Shown: positions 1 to 11,590 of the stretch, piece after piece
Position numbering within the stretch: the first letter of the stretch is position 1
How the letters are laid out: each line of letters opens with the position of its first letter
Assembly: GCA_000934665.2 (NCBI GenBank)
Contig: JYFJ02001042.1
Coordinates: 62,001 to 94,018 of the forward strand
Reading direction: 5' to 3'
DNA from: Catajapyx aquilonaris
Lineage: Eukaryota
Length of the DNA stretch: 32,018 nt
Made by a program: the position numbers and the translations under genes
Notes under the pieces: model-generated
Told to the model about the DNA's origin: nothing
Database searches by the model: none
The model's input: the letters and a program-made list of their open reading frames with translations, nothing else

Positions 1-1842
1 CTTTGTGCATGCAGTGTAACGAGCACAAATGCGGAAGTGTCGTGTACAGTATAGGATCATGTTCTATCTTCGGTGTAGACGAAACGGAGCCTGATTGGAT
101 CTCAGCTTTGTTGCTTTTCAATATCGCGGTGCCAAAGGATGATCGAAATGTCAAGAGTGGAATTGCCTTGCGAAATAACCCGACCCCCCCCCCCCCCNCC
201 CCCACCAGCCCCCTACGCAGAAGTATATAGAAGGCCATATCCTGCTTATTGCATAAACCCCAAACTGAAAGAGGTTATGAGACCTTATCATGGATCAGGA
301 ATAGCTGGAACATCGTCTAATAATAACCTATACGTGCTTCAATTTGCTTTGCCTTTATATGAACAGTTTGTAAGTTATATACTGCACATGTCATAACCAC
401 CTGTGTCGATATTATTCAAATGAAATATTCAGCTTGCCTGTGCTGTGCTTTGAATATAACCTATATATGTATATATTCGTGTCATCATGATGGGCTCGTC
501 AGGAAATATTTAATCTAATTTATGGTACTTTTGTTATGCTGATTTATGGAGTGTTTCTATACAATGTTAGTAGCCTCATTATGGTGATCCGCAGTTATAA
601 ACAATACTCACCGGATTACTGCAGATGGAACATTTTAATGTACTTAGCACCCTAATGTATTCCATTATTGTTATTGCTATTATTGGTACTTGTCATTTTT
701 AGTCGTCTTCACTCTGCATATGATTAAAACATTCCCTTCTTGTGAGTGACGTGTCTAGTCTGTCAATCGATCAGAGTGCAGTAAATTTGCCATTAATTTA
801 AGCCAAATATTTATACGAAAATAGACCATAAAATTGGGCTATACAATATGTAAGTGATTTCACCAAAAGCATTTGGCGCTATTTCATCTGAAAAATAATA
901 TTAGGTTGCGTTTGTTGACACGTCACTTAGCTCTGACTATGTTCCTACTCTCTTATTCCAATATTGTTTTTCACTATTCCTGTAGGTTCTACAGTGACTA
1001 ACAGTCAGTTAAATTGTCCGACTGACATAAAGGAATGACATTGTAAGCTGCATTACTGCGACTCGACCAGTTAGCGAAAACCGTCCGCCCACTACACTTT
1101 TGTATGACACTTCTCCAATAAAAACTCAAGCCATGTGTGCCAAAACGCCTGCATACCGGTACACTCCATCAGCAATGCGCATACTTTCCGCAAACAAAAA
1201 TGTCCGCATAAATAAATCCAAGTTGTCAAATTAGCTACTGTTTTTAGGATAAGACAAACGACCATGCGTGTGACCAGCCCTAGTGTAGTACACGACAATG
1301 CAACACTGCATAGCTTAGTCGTAGTAACAGGCACGCGTTCCAGGGAATAATCGTGTGGCCTATGTCCGACCAAAATGTACCGGAGAGTACCGGTACCGCA
1401 CCGCACACCACACCCGATCACGTTGAGAGCACCAGAACCGCACCTACTGTCCACAGGCGCCCTGTTGGAACTAAAAGACGCCAGGAGGGTGTGTTGTCCG
1501 GGGACATGGTGTCGATGCGGGACGTCGCTAAGTCCTGGACACAATAGGTTTGGACTGTGGTACATTTTATGGAGGACAGGGCGTCAGGTTTTCATGACGG
1601 ATGAAACGACGCTTGGTGGCGCCGGCGCCGGACACATGCGCAGCGTCGGTCCTATTGATTACAGGGTGTCTTCCCGGCGTCTTCTGGGGGTCGGTGGTAC
1701 ACGTATATGATACATATGGGGGCTATCAGGAGTAACCTTCACCTTATACTCCAAAACATTGTATAGACACTACCGCACAATATATTGGCTACACGTGACA
1801 ATTTTGCTACATTACACTTAGGTGACATACCGAATGACTTAC

Positions 1843-2972
1843 TTCGCTTTTCGGAAGCGGCTTGGAGAGCGGCGGTAATTACATCGTAATTGCGATCCCT
1901 TCGATGAATGAGACGATCTCTTCGTTTCAGATCTCGGATTAGTACGCTGCCAACTTGCTGTAGATTACCTTGCAAATTCCTCAGGATCTGCTTCACATCT
2001 TCCTTGTCTGAAATATCATAATGAATGGGTGTCATTATTAGTGAATATAAAAAAGTACGCTGTTGGTTATCAAACAGCTGGTATGATTCATCATACCGTA
2101 CATATAGAAGGGCATGAACATTGCATTTCATAGCCGCGTTATGTGCTAATCGTAATATTTATGACGCTATTTGAGTCATACTGCATTGCTACACAGAAAT
2201 GATAAGACGCATTTTTTTATATTACATACGACCAACAAGCAAAGTCAAGACATTATTCGCACAATTATACCCTCCAACCGTTATTGTCTCCTCAAAGTTC
2301 GTGCAATGATGTTTTGCTTAGTCGAGCGAAATTCCACCTTGGAGCTATTTTCCCAACAAACTGTTGAGTGTTTTGATTGCATTTGCTTCCATTACCATTC
2401 GGTTTTCCAAGTCAGAAGTTTCGCTTGCTGATTGTGCGGTACTCACTTTTCGAAAGCAGCTTGGACCTTGGGAAGTTCTCAGGATAAAGTTGTCTGGTGG
2501 GCACTGGTCTGGACACCACTCCTCTGTTGGGTTGGAAGAAACCCATAGAGTCCGAGGTGGTTGATCCGTTGTCCGAATCCAGGCTGAAAGAGTGGTTGAG
2601 ACTGGGTCGCCTGTCCCATCTGGCGTAGATGTCGTACAGAAGCTCCTCGACCAGACTGGACGCCCTGCTTCTTCGGACACGCAAGCCATCTTCGGAAGCA
2701 ACTTCACAGGAGGAGGAGGAGGACGTGGAGGAGCTCTTTCTGTTGTTGGACGCTACTGGCGGTGGTGGCTTCTGGATGGGGTCAGGCTTGTGGAGGGTGA
2801 ATGGTGTCCAGGTCAGGTTGACGGGCAGGAGAGGCTGTGGGGTGCTCTGGACTGGGTTGCTGGTGAAAGGGACCTCTCGAACTCCCTTGTGACGGCGACT
2901 CTGTCTCTGAGGTCGACTTGGTGGAGGAGGTATGTGGAAGCGGTTTGGTGACACCAGCTGGGTTTGGTACAT
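1843..2972 (-). CDS. TBC1D30: TBC1 domain family member 30-like, N-terminal DUF4682-region exons (3' end uncertain or off-window)
   Basis: Exon 2972-2447 (ATG; donor AAA A|gtgagt) joins in phase to exon 2007-1843 (acceptor tttcag|, donor CGA A|gtaagt). SRASSLVEELLYDIY and NKEDVKQILRNLQGNLQQVGSVLIRDLKRRDRLIHRRDRNYDVITAALQAASEKR resemble recalled human TBC1D30 (SRTASLVSGLLNELY; DANELKTILRELKYRIGIQSAKLLRHLKQKDRLLHKVQRNCDIVTACLQAVSQKR). I found no TBC catalytic exons in 1-1842. Confidence 0.85.
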
Positions 2973-3141
2973 TGTGGGTTGCCATCCAGGTCACTCCATA
3001 CTGGATATTGCAGGATCAATAAAACATAATTAGTTAACAGGAAGTTTCATATTATTAATTAACACCAATTTCTTTCTAGAAATATATTCCGCACTTTTCG
3101 ACAGTACCAAATAAGACATCCTAAAACTGATTGACTCGACA

Positions 3142-3203
3142 TGCGCTAGACAGGATCGAGACAGATAATGTAAATTATCTATATCTCGAGCCTGTCTGGC
3201 ACA
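3142..3203. repeat. About 62-nt imperfect hairpin (inverted repeat)
   Basis: tgcgctagacaggatcgagacagataat-gtaa-attatctatatctcgagcctgtctggcaca, a stem of about 25 bp with few mismatches and one small bulge. Confidence 0.75.
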
Positions 3204-4135
3204 CTTGCTGGCACATGTAATTTTTTTAATTCCCTTTTACTGCGAACACAGGTTAGTGATTTTGCGCAATTTTGTTTTGCGATGCATACCCTTTGTTATA
3301 TTGTACCTGATTTTCTATTATGAGATTTATTGCCATGAACTCAGGGGGTCTTGCAACACACTATGTTACAGAAAATACAGTAGGGGTTTATGTGGTATTA
3401 TGAAATGGAAAACCCATAATTATGTCACATGCGCTGTGGCTTTTCTGAGTTCACGACTCTTACGAATGGGCCAGCATGTGGTGGTTATACTTGTACAAAC
3501 GCCTGTACAACCAGTCTCAAAAGAGTCAAACAATAATTCTGCTAAGCCATTCAATGGGACAGACAAAAAAAAAAGCCTATACTGCACAAGCGTTAAAAAA
3601 AAGAGCTGTGCAATAATGAGATTGAGGAGTATTCCAAGAGAGAGTTCTTGTGAAGGTGCTGGTTTTACGAACACTGTTCACTACCGGTAGTAAACAAGAT
3701 AATGCTGGCTCTAATGGAACCGATCAGTTTAAAAGCCTCATTCATTTTTAATTACTATAGATCGGCATGACACTTCTTGGGCTTCACTGCAATGATGGAC
3801 AAGAGAATTTCAGAAATTTAAGGCGCACAAATGAATTTTGAATGTCACATATTTCTTGCAGTGTTTTCTATAATTACGAGGTATACCTAAATCAGCTTCT
3901 TCAACAATTTTAACCTGAGATTCTGTAGTTCAAGTTATTTTCTTTGATACCGTTAGATTTTAACTGTCGGTTGTACATTGTGCATATAAATTTTATTCCG
4001 CCCTGCATTTCTAGCGGAACTCTGATGACATCCTACATCTAATCGTCACACACCGAAGCCCATATAACGACGCACTCGCAAGATTAACCCCCCCCCTTCC
4101 CCCCAGTGAAGCAGTCTATCAGCCCAATTACTTAC

Positions 4136-4192
4136 CTCCCACGAATTAATTCCGTACGCGACCAAACCAGCGTTAAGATTCTCGTATAAGAA
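4136..4192 (-). other. Putative 5' UTR exon of the TBC1D30-like gene
   Basis: 57-nt segment flanked by a pyrimidine-rich acceptor (tttgcttactttgctggtgcctgcag|) and a consensus donor (GAG|gtaagt). A candidate downstream acceptor (atccag|) opens an exon at 3000, and a candidate upstream donor (AAG|gtgagt) lies at 4884. Confidence 0.5.
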
Positions 4193-7100
4193 CTGCAGGC
4201 ACCAGCAAAGTAAGCAAACACAGGGCATTACTCAGTTACAGCCCGATTTAAATGCAAAGGACGCCATGTCCCGGAGATAGCCCCAGCCATAGAGAGGAAG
4301 TTAAACACAGGTCTGGACCCCCAATGTTGCCACGTTGTACATAACCTACAGGAGGTACCCATCTGCATGGGAAGTACGAAGGTCGGAATTTATATTGTGT
4401 GGGTTCTATGTGCTGTGTACCACCTGTTGATTCGGTCCCATCCTATTTACAGAGAGGTTTTTTTTTTCTATTATAGGCGCATGTAGTTCCTACATGAGGC
4501 ACACACTTTTTGCTGAAGGTGAACTTTTTTTTATCGGATATTGCTTGCTCTTTTGTCCTTTATAATTGCTGCCATTTCTTATACTGAGTTCCCTTAGAAA
4601 TAAGCATCTGCTTTTATCCATTTCCCCAGGTAGCACAATAGCACAATTCCGAGCCCTGAGATTTGCACAATGCAGCGCAACATTAATCCGCAAGGTATAA
4701 TAATACCGAAATTAGCAAGTCAAAAGAGAACTTCTGAATAGCTTTTTCATTCTAGGATACATACTGAATGCCGGTGAAACTAGGCCCATTTGGACCAGAA
4801 TCGCATTTCCGGTCTTCATCCGGGAAGTGACACGTCGAAAACGAACACTGATCTATCATTACAACACCAAAAAGAAAAACTCACCTTTGCAGCTTCCGAA
4901 TGTCTAGCACGGCTGCCACATATTTCCAGTCACATATGCCAACTGTGGCACACACTTGTGAGAATATTATCATTGAGCTGCACCACCACTCTCCCCACCT
5001 CCTACTTTCCCAATGTGGGAGATAAGCTGTCTATCTTTCCCCCCCCCCCCCCCTCCCCTTCCCCCAACACACAGCCTATACTCCCAAAGCAGGAAATCGG
5101 ATTTGCAGGGACTATAGTACTTATATGCACAAGTGCGTCCTTCTGTTACATGTCGGGTCGTTGCCTTGGGGAGAGGGTTACTTCCGCACACGTTTCAAGC
5201 CCAGCAAATATTGTGCAGGTAGTTCTGGCATCATCAGCGGATAGACTGTTTGCTGGGGCTTCTGAAATAACTGGGTGCTGAAGCTAGCACCTGGTGATGA
5301 TTCAAGGTCGTATGGACAATTTGCCACCTGTTTGCATAAAACAAGGGCCTTTTAATATGGTACATGCAATGCAGGTGTGGTAATTCAGGTGGAAGTGCTT
5401 GGTTGCATGCAAGCGTATGAGTAACAGTCCTGAAGTGGTCAGTACTTCTCCGATGAAACACATTAGGCGACTAATGTCAGGACACATACACAACACACCA
5501 GATGGATTCACTAGAAAAGAACATTATTATTTTTTAGTGTAGCAATGCAAGGAACAAGCAGTTAATGTTTTGTACATCTTGGACAGAATTGCAGTATTTC
5601 ACTAAAGACGCTGCATATATGACGACTCAAGGTGTCCTAAAACAGTGTTGGATTTATCAAGAGGACTATAACCTGCAACATTTACAAAAATTGAAATCTA
5701 CTTATATGCTACGCAAATCTGCAAGTGTTCAGGTCATTCACTGTCAAGTGTCAACAAACGATGTTTGAATGAAACGGTGTAACATCAGGTAAAAGACTTT
5801 GGGAGCATCATCAGCCGATGAGAAGAGGATTAGAAAGAAGTCATTCCACTCTTGAAACCTTCATTATTTCCATTTAAATATTGTCACTGACAATAGGTCA
5901 AATGAATATTACATACATGCCTTTTACTCACATTTGGAGCAAAAATGCTGCATAATCAATTTTCCAACCCTTGTACCCAACAAATAATACACAAAACCTA
6001 ACGAAAGGAGCGAATCTACAATGATTCAGGTGGAAACGAATCAAAATGTAATGGAGGTGAAAGAGGTGCAACGGTAACAACTGATAAAATTACCAGACTT
6101 CATAGCTTTGGATGTAACTAAAACAAAAAAAGAAAGGTGTAACTATCACTTGAATATTTCTCACACAACATGGATAAACAATCACGTGCACTTGGAACAA
6201 CCAATCAATGATACACAATCGATGACTACTACGGCGTATGGTGCAGTAGGAAAAATGAACCTAGATTTTCCAAGGAAAGTTCCTATAAATGCTGCATTAG
6301 TGCTCACCAGCAATGGAAGAACGTAACCGCAAAATATATTGATTGACTTATCTTTGCATAGATCACACTTAAAAACGTAATTAAATCATTGGTCTTCTTT
6401 AGCCCTTCACAATTAAACACTTTGTTTGCATCTAAAACCAGGAACAAAATACTTTCAATAACATTCTAAATTTGTCAACAATTATCCTTATTAAATTAGT
6501 GCATAAGTTTTGATACTTTTAAAGGTTAGAGACTTTTTTTCTTCCGAAACACGGGATCATTACCTGGCAGTGAGACTTGGAATTGCAATAATAATTATTA
6601 TATTTCTTTCTCTTACTATCAGTATCATCTTCTTTTTTTTTTTTTTTTGCAAAGAGGCACACTTCATTTCGAAACAATTCTTGCAGCTGCAGGATGGTTT
6701 GTGTTTTTTGGTTAATGGACTTACAGTAAAATTTCACTGTACAGATATCATGAGCAACACTATTACCACACTTTTTTTTCTTCCCCCCATACATTCTAAA
6801 AGGAAAATCACAGTGTGAAATAAACATCCATATACAACCACGACCACAGAAAAAATAAATTCAACTTCACCCTTATGCAATAAAATAAAATATTGTGCAG
6901 TCAACTGTGCTTGGATTATTGTAAGAGCTGCTCCGACAATACGACGATCCTGGCAATGGAAGAATTTTATCATCGTGTAAAACCCATAAGACCACAACTT
7001 GGCACCACTCCTTATAATGTGAATACTTGTAAAGGTCGTCAATGCACATGTCTTCATTATTCACCCATACTTTGTTGGCAGCCAGTGAATGCTGTTCTTG

Positions 7101-7752
7101 AACTGTCTGCTTCTCAAAAATAGAAGTAAGGCATGCAACAGGACAAGATAAAAAAAAGGCAACTCGAGAGATTGGGCAACTAGGTTTCGGGAATGAAGTG
7201 CTGGCAAATTCGAGGAGAATCTTCAATTATTGGGCTGCATATTACGTTTGTCATATTGCCCGACCCATTCACGAAAAGTAAACTCACTGTTACCGACATT
7301 CGTCAGACTGTTATCAAACTACACAGGGGGTTTAAGCCAGCAATGAAACAAAAATAAGGCTGGTAAAAATAATACCATTGTCACAGCAGCTCCTGCCATA
7401 ATCCATGCATTCTTTGTCTCAGAAAGTGTCACTCACATAAAACTATAACAACACTGATATGCATCTGAAACTCACATATACTTCAACATTCGCACCACTA
7501 ACCATCATTTTCCAACATGAAGATTACAACCAGGTAATTATAACATGTTTGAAAAGGAAAACATACCACGACCATCAGATCACACGACTTCCAAATACTG
7601 GTGATGCTGTCTTTCCAGTCTAATAATATGATTACCTGATTGCATACTGGTAATATTATTACTTAGGTAATTATTACTATTGCAATTTTTTTTTTTTTTT
7701 TTTTTTGTTTGTTTTGATCTGTTTCTGTCCACTCAGTTACTTTTCAAACCAA

Positions 7753-10700
7753 TCAAGTGAGATCACTGTAAATAGTCCATCCATGATTCGGAGATCCAAG
7801 CTGCAGTAGTCCAACGGTGCGGTCTTTGGAAGCAGTTACCAAATCTGCAATACAACCAATCGTGAGATCAAATCAGAACCAAGCACGTACGCCCCATACA
7901 TTTACATCAGAATGTAAAAATAAATAAACAAATTAAGATCTGAACCTACACTCATCATATGGTGAGATGTCCATATCCTGCACGTCTCCCTTGTGCTGGT
8001 AGACCTCTCCCAGGTAGTCATGGTGGTCGGGATATCTCCTGTACCTCCTGACCACTCCACCATCACACACAGAGTACAGCAGGCTGCCGTTGGAGGTGTA
8101 CCTGAGCTTCCACACTGGCATTTCCCGGTGCTCCTTCAGGTGCTCCTGGATGCCAGAGTCTGGGACATAAGCTGATATGAAGTCCCCACCAGCCATCACG
8201 AGGCTGTAGAATCCATCTGAGTCTCCACCACAAGCAGATCGGAATGGCTCAGGGGTAGGGCACACAGTGTTTAGTGCGTGACCTGACTGGAACACATGCA
8301 GGACCCTGCCATCCATTGTGGCCACCTACAAGGGAATATCGTCATGCAATTTCTCAAGCTTAACGTAAAGTTATCATCAGCTAAGATGAATCTCAGTTGC
8401 AATGCCAAACGTTACCTTGCATGTCCCATCATAAGCAGCAGTCATCATGGTGGTCTGGTGTGATCGGGCCCAGGGCCAGCTTGGGTGCAGGAAGACAATG
8501 TCCCTGACCGTGGTGGCGTGCAGGTCATACACAAAGTCCAAGGGCAGGGGCATCCGCAGGTCCAGGAGGGTGAGTCCCTTCCCATTCACCGCCACAGAAA
8601 CTGCTATGTTCGGGCATACTGGGTCAGCTGCCAGCCCAGTCCGATCACGACCGGAGAAGGCACAGTTGTCATACGCCAAGATCTGGTCACCACGCTCTGT
8701 GTCCAGAACAATCAGGCGTCGGGCAGTGGTTGCGGCCAAGATCTGATGTAATAAAAAAGAGAATGTTTACTTGGCAAGTGCTTTGGTAATCTTAAAGAAA
8801 GAAGTGACCATGACAAAGTTAGCATAGAATCAGTGTAAAGCTGTGAAGGCCATACAACTACCAACTCAACAATATTCCTTGGATTGTCTCCAAATCACAT
8901 TCTTGACATGGCCCATTCAGTAACCAGTGTTGTTATTCAAAATGAATGGGGTAAAAATGAAGCTGAATTATTTACTCCATAATTGGTGTACAACAACGTT
9001 CAATAGATGAAAAGACAAATGTTCGACGGGGACACCCTTTGTGACATGGCTGATGTCAAGAAAATGGTGTATTTATTTCTCGGCACATCCTAGCATATTT
9101 TTAGACAACGATTCGGCAGCATTGGGAGATGCATTGCATCCAGGTTCTGTGGCAATGGGAGCAGACAGATATTGTCCTGTGCCACGTGGAGCATGCAAGA
9201 GAACCTGGTAACCTCAAACAGGACATCTCCAACACTGCTGAATCACTATCCAAAGATATGCTAGGATGCCCACATCAAACACTTGTAAGGTGAGTGTAAA
9301 ACTTGAGACCGTTTCTCTTTCTTTCATCTTTTGAATGTTGCTGTACATCAATTACAATATGAATAATTCAGATTCATATTTGTACCATCCATTTTGAATA
9401 ATCTTGTATATTCCTTCAAATCTTTGATATAAATTTTCGAGTAGCACAATTTAAACTTGATTAGCGTATCCTGCCAAATGAGTCAGGCTGTAAGACCAGC
9501 ATCATTTGCAAAATATCGATTTACGCCTGTCAGTGTTTAACACAGTTTGCAACACGTCTTTGTAATGCGTCTACCAGACGCTGTACCACTGGTTCCAATA
9601 CGTGACCTCTGAAACATTATGATGACATCCCCGATTCTTTGGTTCCAAAAAATAAATTTGATCAGTTGTGCTCTAAATGCAGTTACAATGAGACAAAGGA
9701 AACTGGGCAGACAGTGCACAGCATACACCTCCATAAGAAATGCCTGGAGAGAGAGTGTCACTAATGAATAGGCACAGGTATACCCAAATCCCGACAAAAC
9801 CTGTAGATTTTCTGACATATATCTTTCTCTAGCCATGGAATTGAAAAAATTATGTTCCTTAGAACCTTAACTTTAAGTGCACGATGCAATTACACACACT
9901 TTAACTCAGTGGTTCTTAACCTTTTCGTGCCTCCACATCCCTTTGAAGACAGTTGGTCCTTGTCGTACCCCCTATACCAGGGATGATTGATTAAGTTCAT
10001 AGTTCGACTAAGTCCAGAGGTGAACCTTGCTCGCACCCCCAGGTTAAGAACCGCTGCTTTAACTTATAGAATTGTCACTTTTCACAAGTATACACAAAAT
10101 ATCATGCAGTAGAAGTAGGGATGCTAATTATTACTGAATCATCATGGTCTGTGCAAAGTGAATCACAGACACAACCATTATGACACATCCCTACAAACGA
10201 GGTAGTCAGCATGTCTAACTCACAAATATTGTGAATGTGACATCACATTCCTTACTTTCTCACATGTCTCACAAACAACTTGGTGTCAGCCACACATGAC
10301 AATGATGTTTAAATTGACTTCATGAAGGAGGTCGATGCTACACATTGGCCCACTTTTTGATAATTATTTTGTGATTTAATATCTGTATCTGCATAACAGG
10401 GAAGGTACTTGATCTGAAATAGCTTTTAATACAGCTGCCATGTCACCAGCCAATGCGATTATTTCTTGCGTAATGGGCACCTTAACATTGTAAGCAGTTT
10501 TCTGTTTTTTTCACTGGCGACATACCTCGTTCAGGATAAAATTTGCTTTCACTTGCTACATACTTCGGAACAATTGCTTGTTTTTGCCCAGATGCAGCAT
10601 AACAATGCTCTCCACATTCTGCACAACCAGGTAGTTAAGTACGAGTAATCTCAAGTGGAAGGAATGTGTGCGCGCGCCATTCCAGAAATTCATGATGGAG

Positions 10701-11573
10701 ACATTCTGTTGTTATAAGGTTGGCCATGAAACTGCACCCAGTCCTAATGTATGTTTGATTAGTCTAATTAAATGAAGGCACTCACAGCATGATATGTATG
10801 AATCATATAAAGACCTTGGGGGAAGAGCGATCAAGGTCCACCTCAGGTGAAACCGAGATATTTCTATTTCAAAGTTCAAAGGCCCACAAGGTTCTATTGT
10901 AAATCCCACCTTCCATGGTGGCCTATGATCATAACTCCACAACCACAACCAAACCGTCATATTCCACACTAGTGAAACTCATTTTTGACAAAAAGTGGAC
11001 CTTGATAGTTCTTCCCCCCATCATATTATCAATCAACTGTTGTCATGAACTCAAGAGCAATTCAGGTCCTGGCCAACTTGTGTGTGAAACTTGTAAGCAT
11101 TCCAATAAACCCAGTAAAAGCTGCAGAATTAGGATGTACTCGATGGGAACCTGTGCAAAGCGGGATACTCACCCTCGACCCATCCGAAGTGAACCTGACA
11201 GCATTGACATGCCTGGCCAAGGTCATAGTATGCACCTGGTAGCTCTGGGTCAGCTCCGCATGCAGAGCAGAGTACAGATTGATCCTTCCGTCGCATCCTC
11301 CCGAACAGAACATGTACCGGTCCTGAAACGACACAAAAAAATTTAACACTCCGTACCCATTACCCCTGAACGCAAGTGGTACGATCCGCTCGGTGGACTC
11401 AAAACAAGTTCAGTGCTAGCCCACCTTTGTTAAGTCCCTTGCATGCGACCCAATTGTTTGGCTTCAAATCCTGTTGCGACCCACGCCAGCGTTAATACCT
11501 TAGGGCTGAATGCGACTCCTCTGACTCCTCCGTGGTGGTGCTTGAGGAAGCGTGGCTTCCCTTCCTTCTGCAT
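7753..11573 (-). CDS. Uncharacterised WD40-repeat (beta-propeller) protein, 339 aa, 5 coding exons
   Basis: Exons 11573-11499, 11322-11173, 8742-8416, 8325-7950 and 7844-7753 are all GT-AG, phase-compatible and total 1020 nt ending in TGA. WD40-like repeats: HHGGVRGVAFSPKDRYMFCSGGCDGRINLY, HVNAVRFTSDGSRILAA, LHATTVRDIVF...TAAYDGTCKV, EHREMPVWKLRYTSNGSLLYSVCDGGVVRRY, HKGDVQDMDISPYDEYLVTASKDRTVGL. An in-frame TGA lies upstream of the ATG. Confidence 0.9.
8925..9408. mobile_element. Degenerate foldback MITE (Tc1/mariner-like) in WD40 intron 2
   Basis: About 8933-9020 (ttattcaaaatgaatggggtaaaaatgaagctgaattatt...) is an imperfect inverted copy of about 9310-9401. Inner arms also pair (catcctagcatat near 9086 with atatgctaggatg near 9256). 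The right end reads TA-CAAGATTATTCAAAATG on the minus strand; the left end is decayed. Confidence 0.7.
9907..10056. mobile_element. 150-bp hAT (Charlie-like) MITE
   Basis: TIRs CAGTGGTTCTTAACCT (9907-9922) and AGGTTAAGAACCGCTG (10041-10056) match at 15/16 positions. A perfect 8-bp TSD CTTTAACT lies at 9899-9906 and 10057-10064. An 8-bp TSD with CAGTGGTTCT termini is typical of hAT-Charlie elements. Confidence 0.9.
10818..11019. mobile_element. About 200-bp MITE-like element with 24-bp terminal inverted repeats
   Basis: GGGGGAAGAGCGATCAAGGTCCAC (10818-10841) versus the reverse complement of the right end, GGGGGAAGAACTATCAAGGTCCAC (22/24 match). No TSD is visible, so the superfamily is unassigned. 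Confidence 0.65.
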
Positions 11574-11590
11574 CCTTCCTGCTGCCTTTT

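Noticed and set aside
1092..1710. Overlapping 157-aa (minus) and 111-aa (plus) ORFs
   Set aside because: No similarity to the expected TBC domain or any family I recognise; consistent with chance ORFs in a GC-richer non-coding patch.
10301..10417. C/D-box snoRNA-like pattern (ATGATGT...CTGA) in the WD40 intron
   Set aside because: Imperfect C box, no terminal stem and no rRNA complementarity I could verify.
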